From assembly GCA_963719515.1 (NCBI GenBank), contig CAVRCJ010000011.1, positions 224,001 to 288,000 of the forward strand: DNA of 64,000 nt. The letters run 5' to 3'. The position numbers were made by a program, and so were the translations under genes. The notes below the pieces were generated by a model. It did not search any database. It had not been told where the DNA came from and was given only the letters and a program-made list of their open reading frames with translations. Numbering within the stretch: the first letter of the stretch is position 1; each line of letters starts with the position of its first letter. Positions 62,023-64,000 of the stretch are shown here, piece by piece. The DNA comes from an uncultured cyanobacterium (GTDB taxonomy: Bacteria; Cyanobacteriota; Cyanobacteriia; CAKZMO01).

Positions 62023-62688
62023 ATGCCCTCCATCACCCACGTGATTTTTGATGTCGACGGGCTCCTCCTTGACACGGAGCCCCTAATTGCGGCGATCGCT
62101 CAAACGATTGCGGAGCGGTACGGCAAGCTGTTGGACCGCGATACGCTGGTAGAAACCGGTGGCCGCAACGCGCGGGATTCTGCCCGCATCTTGATCGACC
62201 GGCTGGCGCTGCCCCTTACCCTAGAAGCGTACCTGGCGGAAAAAGCGGTGCTGGTGCAGCAAATTTATCCCAAAGCGAAAGCCAAGCCAGGAGCGCAGGC
62301 GCTGGTGCAGCACCTGCAGGCACAGGGCATTCCCCAGGCGATCGCCACTAGCTCAGCGCGTCACCACTTTGAGCTTAAGAGCCAGGGACACGCCTGGTTT
62401 GAGCTGTTTGACTGCGTGGTGACGGGAGAAGATTCTGCCGTTCGCGCTGGCAAGCCCGCGCCGGACATTTTTTTGGTGGCGGCAGAGCGTCTGGGGGCGT
62501 CGCCACCCAATTGCCTGGTCATAGAAGACTCCTTAGCGGGGGTGACGGCGGCGAAAGCGGCGGGCATGAGGGTGGTAGCAGTGCCCGAGCTGTCAGAATA
62601 CGCTGGCCAGTACGGTGAGGCTGACCGGATCTTGACTTCCCTAACAGAATTTAGGCCCCAAGACTGGGGGCTACCGCCGCTGCGGTGA
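62023..62688 (+). CDS. HAD-IA family phosphatase
   Basis: FDVDGLLLDTE, ATSS, GKPAPDIF, IEDS. Confidence 0.9.
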   Translation: MPSITHVIFDVDGLLLDTEPLIAAIAQTIAERYGKLLDRDTLVETGGRNARDSARILIDRLALPLTLEAYLAEKAVLVQQIYPKAKAKPGAQALVQHLQAQGIPQAIATSSARHHFELKSQGHAWFELFDCVVTGEDSAVRAGKPAPDIFLVAAERLGASPPNCLVIEDSLAGVTAAKAAGMRVVAVPELSEYAGQYGEADRILTSLTEFRPQDWGLPPLR

Positions 62689-62703
62689 TTTCAGAGTGCA
62701 GCG

Positions 62704-64000
62704 TCAGCCGTCCAGCTTCTTTTTCAAAAGCTGATTCGTAAGCTTCGGGTCTGCTTTACCCCGAGACTGCTTCATCACCTGACCCACAAAGAAGCCCAGC
62801 AGCTTAGTTTTACCGCCGCGATACTTCTCTAGCTCGTCGGGGTGAGCGGCAATCACCTCATCGATGATAGGCTCGATGACGCCGGGGTCCGACACCTGCA
62901 CCAGACCTTTCTTCTCCACTAGGGCCTTGGGCGAACCCCCTTTTTCCAGCAGCTCAGGCAGGAGATCTTTCCCGATTTTGTTGCTAATCGTTCCTTGATC
63001 GATCAAGCCCACCAGCTCAGCCAGCCCCTCAGGAGTAAGCGCCAGCTCCTCCACGGCCTGCTTTGTCTTGTTGAGGTGTGCCCCAATATCTTGGGTAATC
63101 CAGTTGGCTACTAGCTTGGGGGTCCCTCCTGCTGCGACAGCAGCTTCAAAGTACTGCGCAATGGAGGCATCGTCTGTCAGCACCCGCGCATCGTAGGCCG
63201 ACAGGTCTAGCTCCCCTTCGTAGCGAAGTCGCTTTTGGGCAGGCAGCTCGGGCAGCTCCGATTTCCACTGGTCACGCTGAGCATCTGACACCTCAATTGG
63301 CCCCAGATCAGGTTCAGGGAAGTAGCGGTAGTCGCTCGCCCCTTCCTTCGTGCGCATCGTAGACGTCTGCTGCGAAGACTCATCCCACAGCCGCGTCTCC
63401 TGGATGATCTCTTCTCCGGCCTCCACCGCCGCAATCTGCCGCTCAATCTCGTAATCGATGGCGCGGGCGATCGCGTTGAAGGAGTTCATGTTTTTGATCT
63501 CCACCTTGGTGCCAAACTTCTCTCGGCCCACGGGACGCACGGAGATATTGACGTCGCAGCGCAGCGACCCCTCCTGCATGTTGCCGTCGCTCACCCCTAG
63601 GTAGCGCACGATGCGCCGCAGCTCCTGGGCGTATTCCGCCGCTTCTTCCCCAGAGCGGATGTCGGGCTCGGAGACGATTTCGACTAGGGGTACGCCTGCC
63701 CGGTTGTAGTCCACCAGGGAGAAGGTAGACCCCGCAAGGCGATCGCTGCCGCCATGGACTAGCTTGCCCGCGTCTTCCTCCATGTGCAGCCGGGTGATGC
63801 CGATGCGCTTACGCTTAGGACTACCGTCCTCGTCCATCAGCTCAATTTCTAGCCAGCCGTGCTCGGCGATGGGCAAGTCGTACTGGGAGATTTGATAGTT
63901 TTTAGGCAGGTCAGGGTAGAAGTACTGCTTGCGGTCAAACTTGCTGTAGGGGGCGATTTGACAGTTGAGCGCTAGCCCTGCCTTTACGGCGTATTCCAGC
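62704..64000 (-). CDS. gatB: Asp/Glu-tRNA amidotransferase subunit B (5' end outside window)
   Basis: [47 protein letters not shown]; the frame extends upstream through [13 protein letters not shown]. Confidence 0.97.
   Translation of the reverse strand, partial: LEYAVKAGLALNCQIAPYSKFDRKQYFYPDLPKNYQISQYDLPIAEHGWLEIELMDEDGSPKRKRIGITRLHMEEDAGKLVHGGSDRLAGSTFSLVDYNRAGVPLVEIVSEPDIRSGEEAAEYAQELRRIVRYLGVSDGNMQEGSLRCDVNISVRPVGREKFGTKVEIKNMNSFNAIARAIDYEIERQIAAVEAGEEIIQETRLWDESSQQTSTMRTKEGASDYRYFPEPDLGPIEVSDAQRDQWKSELPELPAQKRLRYEGELDLSAYDARVLTDDASIAQYFEAAVAAGGTPKLVANWITQDIGAHLNKTKQAVEELALTPEGLAELVGLIDQGTISNKIGKDLLPELLEKGGSPKALVEKKGLVQVSDPGVIEPIIDEVIAAHPDELEKYRGGKTKLLGFFVGQVMKQSRGKADPKLTNQLLKKKLDG

Noticed and set aside
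1..64000. Abundant GCGATCGC octamer as a novel repeat
   Set aside because: This is the well-known cyanobacterial HIP1

Overview
Chromosomal window of a GC-rich cyanobacterium. The assignment rests on dense HIP1 GCGATCGC sites, cyanobacterial Hfq, TrxC, PucC and a PatA-type taxis operon; a filamentous Leptolyngbya/Nodosilinea-like host is an impression only. Most of the window is housekeeping (purS, fur, recJ, fbaA, fbaB, dusA, mrdA, potA/potD, cry-DASH, pecS/pecM-like, dapF, hfq, aspC, gatB). Two regions stand out. (1) At about 0.3-6.8 kb an accessory island holds a TIR-ATPase, a membrane-anchored STAND-like ATPase carrying a translated palindromic insertion and 12-bp repeats, a Uma2 gene bracketed by a ~225-bp direct repeat that starts at a HIP1 site, REP-like palindromes, and sharp strand-asymmetric codon-skew flips. 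(2) At about 23.5-38.4 kb a long ORF-poor region with a perfect CRP box precedes a sulfotransferase-ChrA pair and a PatA-CheY-CheW-MCP-CheA operon. That operon contains a stand-alone PhnD/TtrS-like binding lipoprotein and an MCP whose GAF is of the DXCIP cyanobacteriochrome type. Four single-base (+1) frameshifts (ATPase, mrdA, cry-DASH twice) are most likely assembly errors. No rRNA, tRNA, CRISPR array or transposase was recognised. All family calls come from motif recognition by eye, not database searches.
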